This document shows, one piece after another, positions 20,175 through 34,383 of a DNA stretch of 64,000 bases. The notes below the pieces were generated by a model that was given only the letters and a program-made list of their open reading frames with translations, searched no databases and was not told the DNA's origin. Position numbers and translations under genes: made by a program. Each line of letters begins with the position of its first letter. Position 1 is the stretch's first letter. Source of the stretch: a phage; assembly GCA_021683455.1 (NCBI GenBank), contig GCA_021683455.1_3051.1; one strand, 5' to 3'.

Positions 20175-20419
20175 TATAAATTCTCTTTTAAATGAAAATG
20201 CAGGACTTATTGGCATTGCCTGCGCAAGCCCTCAAGGGGAACATAGGTTTTTGGATATTTAACGACCAGGATAACCATAAACCCGTCATCATTCACATTC
20301 AAGAGGTACACCGTAAAACTGCCGGGGTCTTAAAACTATAATGATTCGCAAATCATTAATCAGACAGTTCGACGGCTCCTCGATTTTAGCTCACACTAAG
20401 GCAGTGAATCTCCAATAAA

Positions 20420-20668
20420 TTACTTCAATGTTACCACAAAGTGACGAACTGCTTTTCGTGCAGCAGAAGCCAGAGGCTTGGCATATTTAAGTTCATCTTT
20501 TTCCTGAAGCTCAGCAGCTAATGCAGTTTGAGCAGGATTCAGATGTTTGAAATAACGCAGGATTTCAAGAGCTTCGGCTTCAACATCAATAGATGCGCCA
20601 TAGTTTTCGTGACCATTATTCCATGCGTTTCGTTGCAGTTCAAGAGCGTGTTGTAATTGTTTAATCAT
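20420..20668 (-). CDS. rIII: rIII lysis-inhibition accessory protein
   Basis: 82-aa ORF MIKQLQHALELQRNAWNNGHENYG..; T4 rIII. Confidence 0.85.
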   Translation of the reverse strand: MIKQLQHALELQRNAWNNGHENYGASIDVEAEALEILRYFKHLNPAQTALAAELQEKDELKYAKPLASAARKAVRHFVVTLK

Positions 20669-20816
20669 TTAAAAAATTCTCGTTAGAGATTAAAACTCGG
20701 TAGTCACGTTCTTCTGAATTTCATCTTCTTTCGACAGATCTCTCAGTTGTAGACTACCACGTAGAATTGTTCGGGTAACTTATTATTCCGACACCCAATT
20801 CATATTATTATTTATA

Positions 20817-21152
20817 TCACTTATAAAGACATGGAATAGCTTTATAGTGGCAAGTGACGAATTTTTGTTTAATTTCTTTTGGCTGCTTAAGACCCAGAGC
20901 TACAAAAGGATGCGGAACATTTCGAATTTGACCAACTGGAAGAGAAGTCAAATCACCAACTTCGCAGAAACCTTCAGGAACATCAGGACCGACAGAGTGA
21001 ACTACACACAGTTCAGGAACTTCACCTTGAACACGTTTACCGATAATAAGTCCTGATTCTGTAACTTCTTCATCACCGGCTTGTGCAGGTTCAGAAACTA
21101 AAATAACATATTCACCGACAGCACGAATTGGCAGCTGTTGTACTTCAGACAT
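20817..21152 (-). CDS. 31: Co-chaperonin gp31 (GroES analogue)
   Basis: 111-aa [33 protein letters not shown]..; T4 gp31. Confidence 0.9.
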
Positions 21153-21209
21153 CGTTTTTCCTTTTTTGTTAACAGATGAATTAATAATAACAAATAATTC
21201 TTAAAGCAT

Positions 21210-21518
21210 TTATTTACCAATAAATTGGAGTAAATGCTCAACTTTCATACCATTAACAGAAATCAATTTGTCAATAGAAAAACCTCGCCAAGCGCCAAGT
21301 TCAATATCAAATACTGGAATCATGTCAGTAGATTCTTTCCGAGTAGATTCAGTCAATTTACCGGTTTGCATGGTTGGCATAAAGTCTGCATCACGAGTAC
21401 CTTTCATAGTACGAATAGTACCATCAGACTTTTCAAAAACTACGTTTGAAACACCCATGGACAATTTAGTTTTCAAAATTTCGCGAATTGCTACTTTCTG
21501 CTCAGTTGTCAGTTTCAT
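21210..21518 (-). CDS. Hypothetical protein (102 aa; 31.1 position)
   Basis: Collinear ORF. Confidence 0.55.
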   Translation of the reverse strand: MKLTTEQKVAIREILKTKLSMGVSNVVFEKSDGTIRTMKGTRDADFMPTMQTGKLTESTRKESTDMIPVFDIELGAWRGFSIDKLISVNGMKVEHLLQFIGK

Positions 21519-21755
21519 TTATTTACCTATTACAGTTTTAATATGAGTTGTTCCACGTTCTTTAAGGGTGGAAAGCAATTTTTGGCATTTTTCTAAATCA
21601 GATTTCCAACTATATGGTCTATCAATACAAACCCATTCTGACTTATAATACTGCTTCCATTTAGAGAAAAAATATTTCTTATACTCTACAGCAAATGAAA
21701 TATTCTCATTAGAATAAGAACTAATTGCTGTGAGCTGTACCAAACGAAATTTCAT
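21519..21755 (-). CDS. Hypothetical protein (78 aa; 31.2 position)
   Basis: Collinear ORF. Confidence 0.55.
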   Translation of the reverse strand: MKFRLVQLTAISSYSNENISFAVEYKKYFFSKWKQYYKSEWVCIDRPYSWKSDLEKCQKLLSTLKERGTTHIKTVIGK

Positions 21756-22336
21756 TATTCACCACAGAATTCGTTGATATTTTCCCAGTTTAACTTATTC
21801 AAGTTTTTCTTAGGAACATTAAACACTTCAATACCTGCATTTCGCAGAATATCATCCCAGCCAGGTTTATTTTTATCGTATGTTTCACAATAAACCAACT
21901 TTTTAATACCAGATTGAGCTATTGCTTTTGCACAATCTGGACAAGGAGAAAGTGTTACATACATAGTAGCACCTTCAATAGAAGAACCATTTCGTGCAGC
22001 AAACAAAATTGCATTTAGCTCAGCATGAATTTCATTTTTAGACGACCATTCAGAGTGAGCGCTGCGGTGTTCTTTCGCCAAGACAAAACGATCAGTTGAA
22101 CCAAATGATACACATTCAGGCTTATGGCCTTGAATGATAGTGTGTTTAGGCTTATTCAACAACCATCCTTGCTCAGCAGCATAATCACAACAGTTCACAC
22201 CCCCGGCAGGTGAACCATTATATCCGGTAGAAATAATACGTCCATTCTTTTCAATTACTGCTCCTACCTTCCAGGAGCAACATTTTGATTCCTGCGATAC
22301 TAAATATGCAATTTGAAGTACTGTACTCGCTTTCAT
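21755..22336 (-). CDS. cd: dCMP deaminase
   Basis: 193-aa ORF with zinc motifs HAELNAI and PCPDCAKAI; T4 Cd. Confidence 0.95.
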   Translation of the reverse strand: MKASTVLQIAYLVSQESKCCSWKVGAVIEKNGRIISTGYNGSPAGGVNCCDYAAEQGWLLNKPKHTIIQGHKPECVSFGSTDRFVLAKEHRSAHSEWSSKNEIHAELNAILFAARNGSSIEGATMYVTLSPCPDCAKAIAQSGIKKLVYCETYDKNKPGWDDILRNAGIEVFNVPKKNLNKLNWENINEFCGE

Positions 22337-22671
22337 TTCATAATCACCAGATAAGCAGATTTAGCAGTTTCAACACGATAAATTTCGTGACGAAGTTTAG
22401 TTATACTTTTAATAACAGAACTAATTATATTCTGCCCATCTTTAAAGCGGTTTTTCTTATCAATAAAAATTGCGCCAACCATCTTTTTGTGAAGCTCAAC
22501 TGGATACTTCGTCACAATAATAGCATCATATACGGAAGGATGAATACTATTTACTAGAGTGTCATTCATTAAAGTTATTCTAATGAACTGTGCTGTTTCA
22601 GAGTCAAGCGCTCTATGATCGCCAGTATCATTTTCAAGACAATTATCAATTATATCAGTTAAATTCATCAT
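22333..22671 (-). CDS. Hypothetical protein (112 aa; cd.1 position)
   Basis: Collinear ORF. Confidence 0.55.
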   Translation of the reverse strand: MMNLTDIIDNCLENDTGDHRALDSETAQFIRITLMNDTLVNSIHPSVYDAIIVTKYPVELHKKMVGAIFIDKKNRFKDGQNIISSVIKSITKLRHEIYRVETAKSAYLVIMK

Positions 22672-22907
22672 AGTACGCCATACACCCTTTGTGCTTCAAC
22701 TAATCCATCAAAATCTAATTTAAGATGTGATATTTGATCGCCATCACCTGGATTCACAATTACTAATACTGAACGAGGAGTTTCGGTAATAACACGAACC
22801 GATGTTTCAGGAAATCGTTCAGAAACCTTATTTACCAATTCCTGTGCAAATAGCTTAACTTTTTCTTGGAATTCTTTAACGGTAATCGGTTTTTCACTTA
22901 ACAGCAT
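22668..22907 (-). CDS. Hypothetical protein (79 aa)
   Basis: Collinear ORF downstream of early promoter. Confidence 0.55.
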   Translation of the reverse strand: MLLSEKPITVKEFQEKVKLFAQELVNKVSERFPETSVRVITETPRSVLVIVNPGDGDQISHLKLDFDGLVEAQRVYGVL

Positions 22908-22936
22908 TTTGTTTTCCTCATTTGTTTGGTAGAGCT

Positions 22937-22966
22937 ATAATATCACAACTCTACCGTAAAGTAAAC
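22937..22966 (-). promoter_or_regulatory. Early promoter (GTTTAC-N18-TATTAT)
   Basis: Same module; SD GAGGAA and ATG follow. Confidence 0.6.
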
Positions 22967-22968
22967 TA

Positions 22969-23250
22969 TTAAATTGCTTTGAATTCTGCTGTCTGCGATT
23001 CAAAACGAATATCGCCTTTGATGACTAGCTCAGCATCAAGACCGAATACAACAATGATATGTGCAGAACCTGGATACAACGTGATGGCAATAGAATCCAC
23101 CTGGTCTGGAAGCAAAGTGTTCAATACATGAGTCACTTGAGCATGGATTCGAAGCTCGGCTGCGTTATCAAGCTTTTCAAACATATTATTAGCGATAATT
23201 TGACTAAACACTACTTCTACGATTTTAGAATAAGTCGGAAACATATTCAC
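22969..23250 (-). CDS. Hypothetical protein (93 aa)
   Basis: Collinear ORF. Confidence 0.55.
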   Translation of the reverse strand: MNMFPTYSKIVEVVFSQIIANNMFEKLDNAAELRIHAQVTHVLNTLLPDQVDSIAITLYPGSAHIIVVFGLDAELVIKGDIRFESQTAEFKAI

Positions 23251-23439
23251 CTCACATAATTTTCTTCAAGCCAATTAATAACATCCAACGCATTATCAAA
23301 AGTTGAACCATCTACTATGTCTTCTGTTTCATAATCAAGAATATCTATGTCTACTCTTCCATCAACAATAGGCCATAAACAAAATAGATATTTCTTTTCT
23401 TTTTCAATTTTATCACAAAGTTGATAAATCTTTTCTATG

Positions 23440-23447
<8 letters not shown>
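23247..23447 (-). CDS. Hypothetical protein (66 aa)
   Basis: Collinear ORF. Confidence 0.5.
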
Positions 23448-24841
<1,394 letters not shown>

Positions 24842-25075
24842 TTATTTTTTCTCAACCAATGATTGAATATAATCATGTAGGTCTTTAGATGCTTTACCCC
24901 ACTTATTTTGATATTCATTTTTAAGATTAGCACGAGATTGAGCTAATAAAACATCATTAGTTGGAGGTAAAGATTCTAACCGCTGAATCTGGCGTCCGTA
25001 AATCATTGCAGCCATCTCGGATTCATAAATCAATCCTTTGAGATGTTCAAATTGATGCCATGAAATCATTTGCAT
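24842..25075 (-). CDS. Hypothetical protein (77 aa)
   Basis: Collinear ORF. Confidence 0.5.
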   Translation of the reverse strand: MQMISWHQFEHLKGLIYESEMAAMIYGRQIQRLESLPPTNDVLLAQSRANLKNEYQNKWGKASKDLHDYIQSLVEKK

Positions 25076-25365
25076 TTATCCTCTTTTAACTCTTTACGAT
25101 AATAACATATCATAGTTTTCTGGTCATGTACATATCGTTTTACGTCATTAAGCCAAATACGAAATTCCTGAGAATCTTCAAATGGCATACCGACCCAAGC
25201 TTTACCATCAATAACTTTAACTTGCCAGGATAGTTTAGCTTCGTCATATGACTTTATTTGTACAGGCCAATTAGGATGAACTGTTTCTTTCTTTACTTCT
25301 AGAGGCTTTGTCGAACAACCAACTAGAAGACCAATAGATAATATTACTGCTGATAGTTTAATCAT
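25066..25365 (-). CDS. pseT.2: Outer-membrane spanin lipoprotein (o-spanin)
   Basis: Signal peptide plus lipobox MIKLSAVILSIGLLVGC; immediately downstream of and overlapping the i-spanin-like gene. Confidence 0.7.
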   Translation of the reverse strand: MIKLSAVILSIGLLVGCSTKPLEVKKETVHPNWPVQIKSYDEAKLSWQVKVIDGKAWVGMPFEDSQEFRIWLNDVKRYVHDQKTMICYYRKELKEDKCK

Positions 25366-25715
25366 TTAGAAAGGTCCTGGATGTCTTCTGCGAACTTGTT
25401 GAAGGAGTTGTTGATTTGTTTTTCAACCAATCCTGGCTTACGAGCCACCACATCCGCCTTCTTTGCGTCTTTGCGCAGTTTTTCATTTTCACGCTCAATA
25501 GCAGCAATCGCCTCACGATTTTTATTATTCATCGCATCAATATAATTATACTGAATTCGCAAATTATTTAATGCTAAAGCGTTTTTATTGGCCGTTTTTG
25601 TAATTTCAGTAACTGATGTTTCTAATCTTTCTACCTTATTTTTTAAAATAATAGATGTTCCGCCTAATGCTATTACAATTAATAGCAAACCTGCTGTAGT
25701 ATTACTTAATTGCAT
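25362..25715 (-). CDS. pseT.3: Inner-membrane spanin (i-spanin)
   Basis: N-terminal TM segment LLLIVIALGG followed by a charged coiled-coil-like region; paired with the downstream lipoprotein. Confidence 0.7.
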   Translation of the reverse strand: MQLSNTTAGLLLIVIALGGTSIILKNKVERLETSVTEITKTANKNALALNNLRIQYNYIDAMNNKNREAIAAIERENEKLRKDAKKADVVARKPGLVEKQINNSFNKFAEDIQDLSK

Positions 25716-26209
25716 AAAGTTTTAATAACCTCTACAATATCATCTTGAGAAAGACCGTTAATTAAAATATGATGTTCAGCCGGAGATTTAGAAATTTTAA
25801 AGCACGCCGCAACATCTTCTGCCATATCAGATGCGCTACGATTTGGATTACTAATTCCAAGACGATGCTTTCCAGTCAAAGGATTAACGATGATATAGCA
25901 TTTACAGCTATTAATGTGAACATTAGGTTGAGTCTGATTAATGAATACTTCACAATCGTATTTCGCAAACTGATTTTCTAAAAAGACTTTCATCTCCTCA
26001 ACCGCATCGGGAAGCATATCACGGGCTTGCTCAAGACGACGATTTCGATATTCTTTAGTGGTCGTTTTCCGTTTGACTTGCTTCGCTAAATCTTTCTTAA
26101 GATCGGTGATATATCCAACTCGACGATTTCCTTTGAATACAGAAATCCCATCTGTAGTATCACCGTATGCTTCAACGACCATTTCAGTAGTAATAAGCTG
26201 CAAATCCAT
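25706..26209 (-). CDS. alc: Alc, inhibitor of host transcription
   Basis: MDLQLITTEMVVEAYGDTTDGISVFKG..; 167 aa from second ATG; T4 Alc. Confidence 0.85.
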   Translation of the reverse strand: MDLQLITTEMVVEAYGDTTDGISVFKGNRRVGYITDLKKDLAKQVKRKTTTKEYRNRRLEQARDMLPDAVEEMKVFLENQFAKYDCEVFINQTQPNVHINSCKCYIIVNPLTGKHRLGISNPNRSASDMAEDVAACFKISKSPAEHHILINGLSQDDIVEVIKTLCN

Positions 26210-26240
26210 CATAAAGTCCTCATGTTATGTCAGTAAGACT

Positions 26241-26270
26241 ACTATAACACAACATGAGGGACTTGTAAAC
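26241..26270 (-). promoter_or_regulatory. Early promoter (GTTTAC-N18-TATAGT) upstream of alc
   Basis: About 50 bp near-identical to the element at 10925-10981. Confidence 0.6.
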
Positions 26271-26273
26271 AGC

Positions 26274-27889
<1,616 letters not shown>

Positions 27890-27892
27890 TCC

Positions 27893-29071
27893 TTAAAAGT
27901 ATTTTTTAAAACTCATCATAACTTTATCATCAACATCATTATCAATCTGTGCAACAAGATAAGATGACAGTTCTACTTCTTGCGGCGCTGATTGAACATT
28001 ATCAGAATTAAGGTATTCACGAATCCAAGGATATGGATGTTTAACCGGAGCATCGGTAATCGGGCATGGAAGACCGCACTGTTTCATACGAGATACAGTT
28101 AAGTAATCAATAAAGCTCCACATGCTATTTGTATTTAATCCAGGAACATCGCCATCTTTAAATAAATGAACTGCCCAATCTTTTTCTTGGCGGTTAACTT
28201 CCATGAAAATATCAACTGCTTCTTGTTCACACTCTTTGGCAATTTTAACCCATTCATCACCATCAGTGCCAAGTTGAAGTTGACGAATAATATATTGTGT
28301 ACCTTTAAGATGAAGCTGCTCATCACGTGCAATGAACTTCATAATCTTGGCATTACCTTCCATGATTTCCATGTTCTTATGGAAGTTGAAAGTACATGCA
28401 AAGGATACATAAAAACGAATAGCTTCCAGAGCATTGATAACATGAAGACACAGATAGAGAGACTTCATTAGGTCATGTTTACATTCTTCCATGTGCATAA
28501 GACTATTTGAATATGCATCTAAATCATATTCATTTTCGGAAAAACGTTTAAAAATTTCTTTGGCATTTTCCCATTCACGAGTCTTGACTAGAACATCGTC
28601 ATAATAGCGGCCAATAGACTCAGCACGTTTCATAATAGCTTCATCTAATACAATTTCATCAAATACCTTCGATGGATCAGTATAAAGATTTCGCATGATA
28701 TGAGTATACGAACGAGAGTGAATAGTTTCACTGAATGTCCATGTAGCAACCCATGTATCAAGACTTGGGTCTGAAATTAACGACATAAGTACAGCAGATG
28801 GTGCACGACCCTGAATGCTATCTAGAAGTGATTGATACTTCAGGTTATTAGTAAAAATATCTTGCTGATATTGAGGAAGCTTGTTAAATTGCGCAGCATC
28901 CATCATTAAGTTTACTTCTTCAGGACGCCAGAAAAATGACAACTGCTTTTCGGTTAAATCTTCAAAAACTTTATGACGTTGAATATCATAACGCGCAATA
29001 CCAAGACCTGAACCAAAAAACATAGGTTCTTTTAAAACATCAACTGGATTTGTATTAAAAACTGTGCTCAT
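27893..29071 (-). CDS. nrdB: Ribonucleotide reductase small subunit, uninterrupted
   Basis: 392-aa contiguous ORF with di-iron/tyrosyl-radical family features; no intron. Confidence 0.9.
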   Translation of the reverse strand: MSTVFNTNPVDVLKEPMFFGSGLGIARYDIQRHKVFEDLTEKQLSFFWRPEEVNLMMDAAQFNKLPQYQQDIFTNNLKYQSLLDSIQGRAPSAVLMSLISDPSLDTWVATWTFSETIHSRSYTHIMRNLYTDPSKVFDEIVLDEAIMKRAESIGRYYDDVLVKTREWENAKEIFKRFSENEYDLDAYSNSLMHMEECKHDLMKSLYLCLHVINALEAIRFYVSFACTFNFHKNMEIMEGNAKIMKFIARDEQLHLKGTQYIIRQLQLGTDGDEWVKIAKECEQEAVDIFMEVNRQEKDWAVHLFKDGDVPGLNTNSMWSFIDYLTVSRMKQCGLPCPITDAPVKHPYPWIREYLNSDNVQSAPQEVELSSYLVAQIDNDVDDKVMMSFKKYF

Positions 29072-29122
29072 AAATTTTCCACTTAGTTAATAGATAGTGA
29101 CTCGTCCATGAGTCAAATTATA

Positions 29123-31387
29123 TCATAATTTACAGGATGAACAATCTTCAGCTTTTGGAGTTTCTATTTCATAATCATCAGTACCAGAACCATCACGGGT
29201 ATTATGATAATAGAAATTTTTTCCGCCAAAATACCAAAAATACAAAAGGTCATCAATCATTATTGACATTGGAACCTTTCCTTTTGGAAAAATCTGCGGG
29301 TCATAATATGTATTCGCCGAAGCTGATTGACAAACCCATTTCAGCATAATAGCTACCTGCGTAAGATAAGGTTTATTACCTTTCTTAGCTAATTTCCATG
29401 TATAATCATAGAGGTCTATGTTATGCTCAATATTGGGCACGACTTGATTAAAGGAGCCCTCTTTTGATTCTTTAACAGAGACTGGTCCACGTGGAGGCTC
29501 GATACCGTTTGTACTGTTAGAAACTTGGGAAGATGACTCACATGGCATAAGTGCTGATAATGTGCTATTACGGATGCCAAAGAGCTTAAGGTCTTCCCGC
29601 AGCGACGACCAGTCACAAACGTATTTTGGAGCTGCGATTTGGTCAATCTTTTTATTGTACCAGTCGATAGGTAATTCGCCTCGAGACCAACGAGTGTCTG
29701 AATAATATTCACAAGGTCCTTTTTCTTTGGCGAGTTTAATGGATGCTTTAATGAGTCCATACTGTAATCTCTCAAATAATTCATGTGTTAAATCGTTAGC
29801 ATCTTCATAAGAAGCAAAGTTACTTGCCAGCCAAGCTGCATAGTTAGTAACACCTACACCGAGGTTACGACGCTTTTTAGCTTTTTCTGCTTCAGGAACT
29901 GGATATCCTTGGTAATCCAAAAGATTATCGAGAGCACGAACTTGGACTTCTGCCAATTCATTAATTTTATCTTGGTCTTGCCAGTCAAAATTATCCAGTA
30001 CGAATGCAGAGAGAGTACACAATCCAATTTCAGCATCTGGACTATTCACATCATTTGTTGGAATAGCAATTTCACAACACAAGTTACTCTGACGAATAGG
30101 TGCCTTTTCACGAATAAACGGAGTATAGTTATTCGTATTATCAATGAACTGCACATAAATCCTTGCTGTTCCTGAGCGTTCAGTCATGAGCAATTCAAAT
30201 AGTTCACGGGCTTTAATACGCTTTTTACGAATATTAGGGTCTTTTTCTGCTGCTTCGTATAATTCACGGAAACGGTCTTGGTCTTTAAAATAAGAATAAT
30301 AAAGCTCGCCACCCATTTCATGCGGACTGAACAAAGTAATGTAATCGTTCTTTCCAAAACGTTCCATCATCAGGTCATTCAGCTGAACACCATAATCCAT
30401 ATGACGAATGCGGTTTTCTTCTACGCCTTTGTTATTTTTCAAAACAAGAAGATTTTCAACTTCCAAATGCCAAATAGGATAATAAGCAGTAGCAGCGCCG
30501 CCACGAATTCCACCCTGTGAGCATGATTTAACAGCAGTCTGAAAATGTTTCCAAAAAGGAATAACACCGGTATGGCGTACTTCACCCATGCCAATCTTAG
30601 AACCTTCGGCACGAATCATACCAACATTAATACCAATTCCAGCACGTTTGGAGATATATTCAACAATTGAAGCGGAAGCCTTATTGATAGACTTTAATGA
30701 ATCACCTGCCTCAATAACAACGCATGAACTAAACTGTCGAGTCGGAGTACGGCAACCAGCCATAATAGGAGTTGGCAGTGAAATCTGTCGAGTAGATACT
30801 GCTTCATAAAAACGGATAACATGTTTTAATCTATCAACAGGTTCATCTTGATGCAATGCCATTCCAATAGTCATAAATGCAAACTGTGGAGTTTCATAAA
30901 TTTGACCGGTGGTTTTATCTTTAACTAGATATTTTTCTTTTAATTGCATCGCCCCGGAATAAGTAAATTCCATATCCCGCTCGTGCTTAATTTTTGATTC
31001 TAAAAATGTAATTTCTTCTGCTGAATATTTTGACAATAATTCAGGGTCGTATTTACCTTCATTTACACAGTAAGAAATATGGTCAATAAATGAACGTGGT
31101 TCATACTGCCCATAAACATGCTTACGAAGAGCGAACATTAAACAACGTGCAGCTACATATTGATAATCAGGCTCTTCAACCGAAATAGAATTCGCAGCGG
31201 CCTTAATGACAATAGTCTGAATATCATCAGTTGTCATTCCATCACGGAGATAAGATTTAATATTTTCATATAATTCATAAGGATCGACTGATGTTCCTTC
31301 AGCTGCCCAAGATAAAACTTTAATAATTTTTTGTGGGTCAAAGCTCTGAGAAACACCACTACTTTTGATAACATTAATTAATTGCAT
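29123..31387 (-). CDS. nrdA: Ribonucleotide reductase large subunit
   Basis: 754-aa ORF (T4 NrdA length); only 51 bp separates it from nrdB. Confidence 0.95.
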   Translation of the reverse strand: MQLINVIKSSGVSQSFDPQKIIKVLSWAAEGTSVDPYELYENIKSYLRDGMTTDDIQTIVIKAAANSISVEEPDYQYVAARCLMFALRKHVYGQYEPRSFIDHISYCVNEGKYDPELLSKYSAEEITFLESKIKHERDMEFTYSGAMQLKEKYLVKDKTTGQIYETPQFAFMTIGMALHQDEPVDRLKHVIRFYEAVSTRQISLPTPIMAGCRTPTRQFSSCVVIEAGDSLKSINKASASIVEYISKRAGIGINVGMIRAEGSKIGMGEVRHTGVIPFWKHFQTAVKSCSQGGIRGGAATAYYPIWHLEVENLLVLKNNKGVEENRIRHMDYGVQLNDLMMERFGKNDYITLFSPHEMGGELYYSYFKDQDRFRELYEAAEKDPNIRKKRIKARELFELLMTERSGTARIYVQFIDNTNNYTPFIREKAPIRQSNLCCEIAIPTNDVNSPDAEIGLCTLSAFVLDNFDWQDQDKINELAEVQVRALDNLLDYQGYPVPEAEKAKKRRNLGVGVTNYAAWLASNFASYEDANDLTHELFERLQYGLIKASIKLAKEKGPCEYYSDTRWSRGELPIDWYNKKIDQIAAPKYVCDWSSLREDLKLFGIRNSTLSALMPCESSSQVSNSTNGIEPPRGPVSVKESKEGSFNQVVPNIEHNIDLYDYTWKLAKKGNKPYLTQVAIMLKWVCQSASANTYYDPQIFPKGKVPMSIMIDDLLYFWYFGGKNFYYHNTRDGSGTDDYEIETPKAEDCSSCKL

Positions 31388-31704
31388 AAGTCCTCAACTT
31401 GAAAATCGTCTTTAAACAATCGGTTAACTATATGAGCTATTATATCACCATGACACGGCTTTGGTTTACATGTGCATCCTAGCCTCATTCCACGTAAAGG
31501 CTCTAAATGTGCTTTAGTTATTTCTCCGGATTTAATTCGACGTATAAAATCTTTTTTGAATAATTCAATGGCAGCCTCCCGGCTGCCAGCATCTTTACCG
31601 ACGTAATTCCCCCAAAATGTACCACGGTGAATATTAACATCAAAGTCGGATTTATATTTATTCACTACTCGGCATATACGGCCTGCGCGGTTGTAAGTGT
31701 TCAT
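31378..31704 (-). CDS. Hypothetical protein (108 aa; nrdA.1 position)
   Basis: Collinear ORF. Confidence 0.55.
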   Translation of the reverse strand: MNTYNRAGRICRVVNKYKSDFDVNIHRGTFWGNYVGKDAGSREAAIELFKKDFIRRIKSGEITKAHLEPLRGMRLGCTCKPKPCHGDIIAHIVNRLFKDDFQVEDLCN

Positions 31705-31921
31705 ATTGTTCTTCCGTTAAAACAGTAATATCGTAGTAACAGTCAGAAGAAGTTTTAACTGTGGAAATTTTATTATCAAAATACTCACGAGTCATTTTAT
31801 GGGTATAATATTTTTTGCCATAAATGATAATAGGCTGATTTGGTCCTGGAACTTCTAACTCACTTGGATTAGGAAGTGTAAAAAGAACTACACCAGAAGT
31901 ATCCTTAAATCGTAAAATCAT
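31658..31921 (-). CDS. Hypothetical protein (87 aa; nrdA.2 position)
   Basis: Collinear ORF. Confidence 0.5.
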   Translation of the reverse strand: MILRFKDTSGVVLFTLPNPSELEVPGPNQPIIIYGKKYYTHKMTREYFDNKISTVKTSSDCYYDITVLTEEQYEHLQPRRPYMPSSE

Positions 31922-32778
31922 ATTGCCATTTTCCCTTTAATTGCCGGATGTGATTCATAATTTTCAAGGATAAAATCTTTCGGTTTCATGTATTCAGTTA
32001 ACCAGTAAAGCTGTGTTTTGGTGTCACAATTTTCAAACTCTATAGGCCAATCAATTTTAAGTTCGCACAGTTCTTTAGGCTCACGACGTAAAATTTCTTT
32101 ACATTGTTCTACGTGATTCATATAGATGTGAGTATTACCACCAGAAAATATCAAATCTCCTGGGATAAGATTACACATCTTAGCTACAATATGAACTAAC
32201 GTAGCATATGATGCAATATTAAATGGAAGACCGAGGAAAACATCTACCGAACGTTGATACCACTGCAAATCTAAATAGCCATTACGCACATTAAACTGAT
32301 AGAACATATGACAAGGTGGTAATGCCATATATTTAAGTTCAGCTGGATTCCACGCAGAAACAATTTGACGCCTATCATTTGGCAGTTTTTTAATACGATC
32401 AACAACTTCTATAATTTGGTCTACACCGCCAAAATCACGCCACTGTTTTCCATAAATTGGACCAAGTTCACCGCTATGGTATCCTAAATCTTTTGCTTGA
32501 TTTTCGTAATTTTCATCCCAGACTGTTTTGCCTTGAATTGATGAATCATGTTGAATTAATCGCAAATCATTGACATTTGTGCTTCCTGATAAAAACCATA
32601 TTAGCTCAGCAATGCATGCATTCCAGGCGAGCTTTTTAGTTGTTACTGCAGGAAAACCTTTAGTTAAATCCCAACGCAATTTAGTACCGAACAGAGCAAT
32701 TGTTCCTGTGCCCGTTCGGTCATCGGTTTCATAGCCATTTTCAAAAATGTCTTTAATTAAATCTTGGTATTGTTTCAT
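31918..32778 (-). CDS. td: Thymidylate synthase, intronless
   Basis: 286-aa contiguous [29 protein letters not shown]..; catalytic PPCH motif. Confidence 0.95.
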   Translation of the reverse strand: MKQYQDLIKDIFENGYETDDRTGTGTIALFGTKLRWDLTKGFPAVTTKKLAWNACIAELIWFLSGSTNVNDLRLIQHDSSIQGKTVWDENYENQAKDLGYHSGELGPIYGKQWRDFGGVDQIIEVVDRIKKLPNDRRQIVSAWNPAELKYMALPPCHMFYQFNVRNGYLDLQWYQRSVDVFLGLPFNIASYATLVHIVAKMCNLIPGDLIFSGGNTHIYMNHVEQCKEILRREPKELCELKIDWPIEFENCDTKTQLYWLTEYMKPKDFILENYESHPAIKGKMAI

Positions 32779-32823
32779 TTAGTACCTTATATAAATTATA
32801 ATACATTTTATGAAGCTAAATAA

Positions 32824-33171
32824 TCAATACGGTTTAGCAACAAATTTTCTCTCAATTTCAGGCGTGAAATATAATTCTTTACCACGTTTGGAAAAGCGAC
32901 CAATAATATGATAATTATTCTCATCAAACGTAATATTACCAATATCCATAGCTTTCAACCAAATATCGATATTTCTATCTAGCTTTATGTCAAAATTCCA
33001 ATACGGAGAACTATTACCGAAAATACTGCAAGCGGATTCAGTGAAACAACTGCTATAAATCTTGTCTTTAGGAACTACCAATTGATAGACGCCTTTAATA
33101 AACTGAGGACCCTGCCACTTTGGTTGTTTCTCATCTTTTTCTAATAGAATAGGGTAATAATTAAAATTCAT
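32824..33171 (-). CDS. Hypothetical protein (115 aa) between td and frd
   Basis: ORF filling the frd-td junction; no recognisable motif. Confidence 0.55.
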   Translation of the reverse strand: MNFNYYPILLEKDEKQPKWQGPQFIKGVYQLVVPKDKIYSSCFTESACSIFGNSSPYWNFDIKLDRNIDIWLKAMDIGNITFDENNYHIIGRFSKRGKELYFTPEIERKFVAKPY

Positions 33172-33190
33172 ATTTCCGCCACACGTTATT

Positions 33191-34013
<823 letters not shown>

Positions 34014-34029
<16 letters not shown>

Positions 34030-34373
34030 TGAAAAGAGTCATGAGCATATCCGCTAGCGTCAATCATTTTAACTAAAGTTACCATTCCTCTGTTAACTGC
34101 TTGCGCGATTTCATCAAAAACTTCGTCACTATCATCGTAAAGATCATTAAAAAGTTCTAGCACGTTCTTCTGAACTTTTAATTTACGGCCGACAATTTCG
34201 CCTACAGTAAATTCGTTTCCGCCAAATCCAGCGTAAAATGTAATTACACCCATTAACTGGCTTTCACGAGAATCTATGTCGTGTGATAAATTAATAAAAG
34301 CCGTCCCAGGCGCGGTTTTAAGTTGGCAACGAATTTTTACTTGGGTAATTCCAGTTATATGAATGTTAGACAT
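34014..34373 (-). CDS. Hypothetical protein (119 aa)
   Basis: Collinear ORF. Confidence 0.55.
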
Positions 34374-34383
34374 AATATTTTCC

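Noticed and set aside
19949-20216. ORF 19949-20143 (64 aa) and the N-terminal extension of ORF 19998-20216
   Set aside because: The 64-aa ORF overlaps the basic 58-aa gene in another frame and runs through the terminator hairpin; the extension upstream of ATG 20174 has no SD support.
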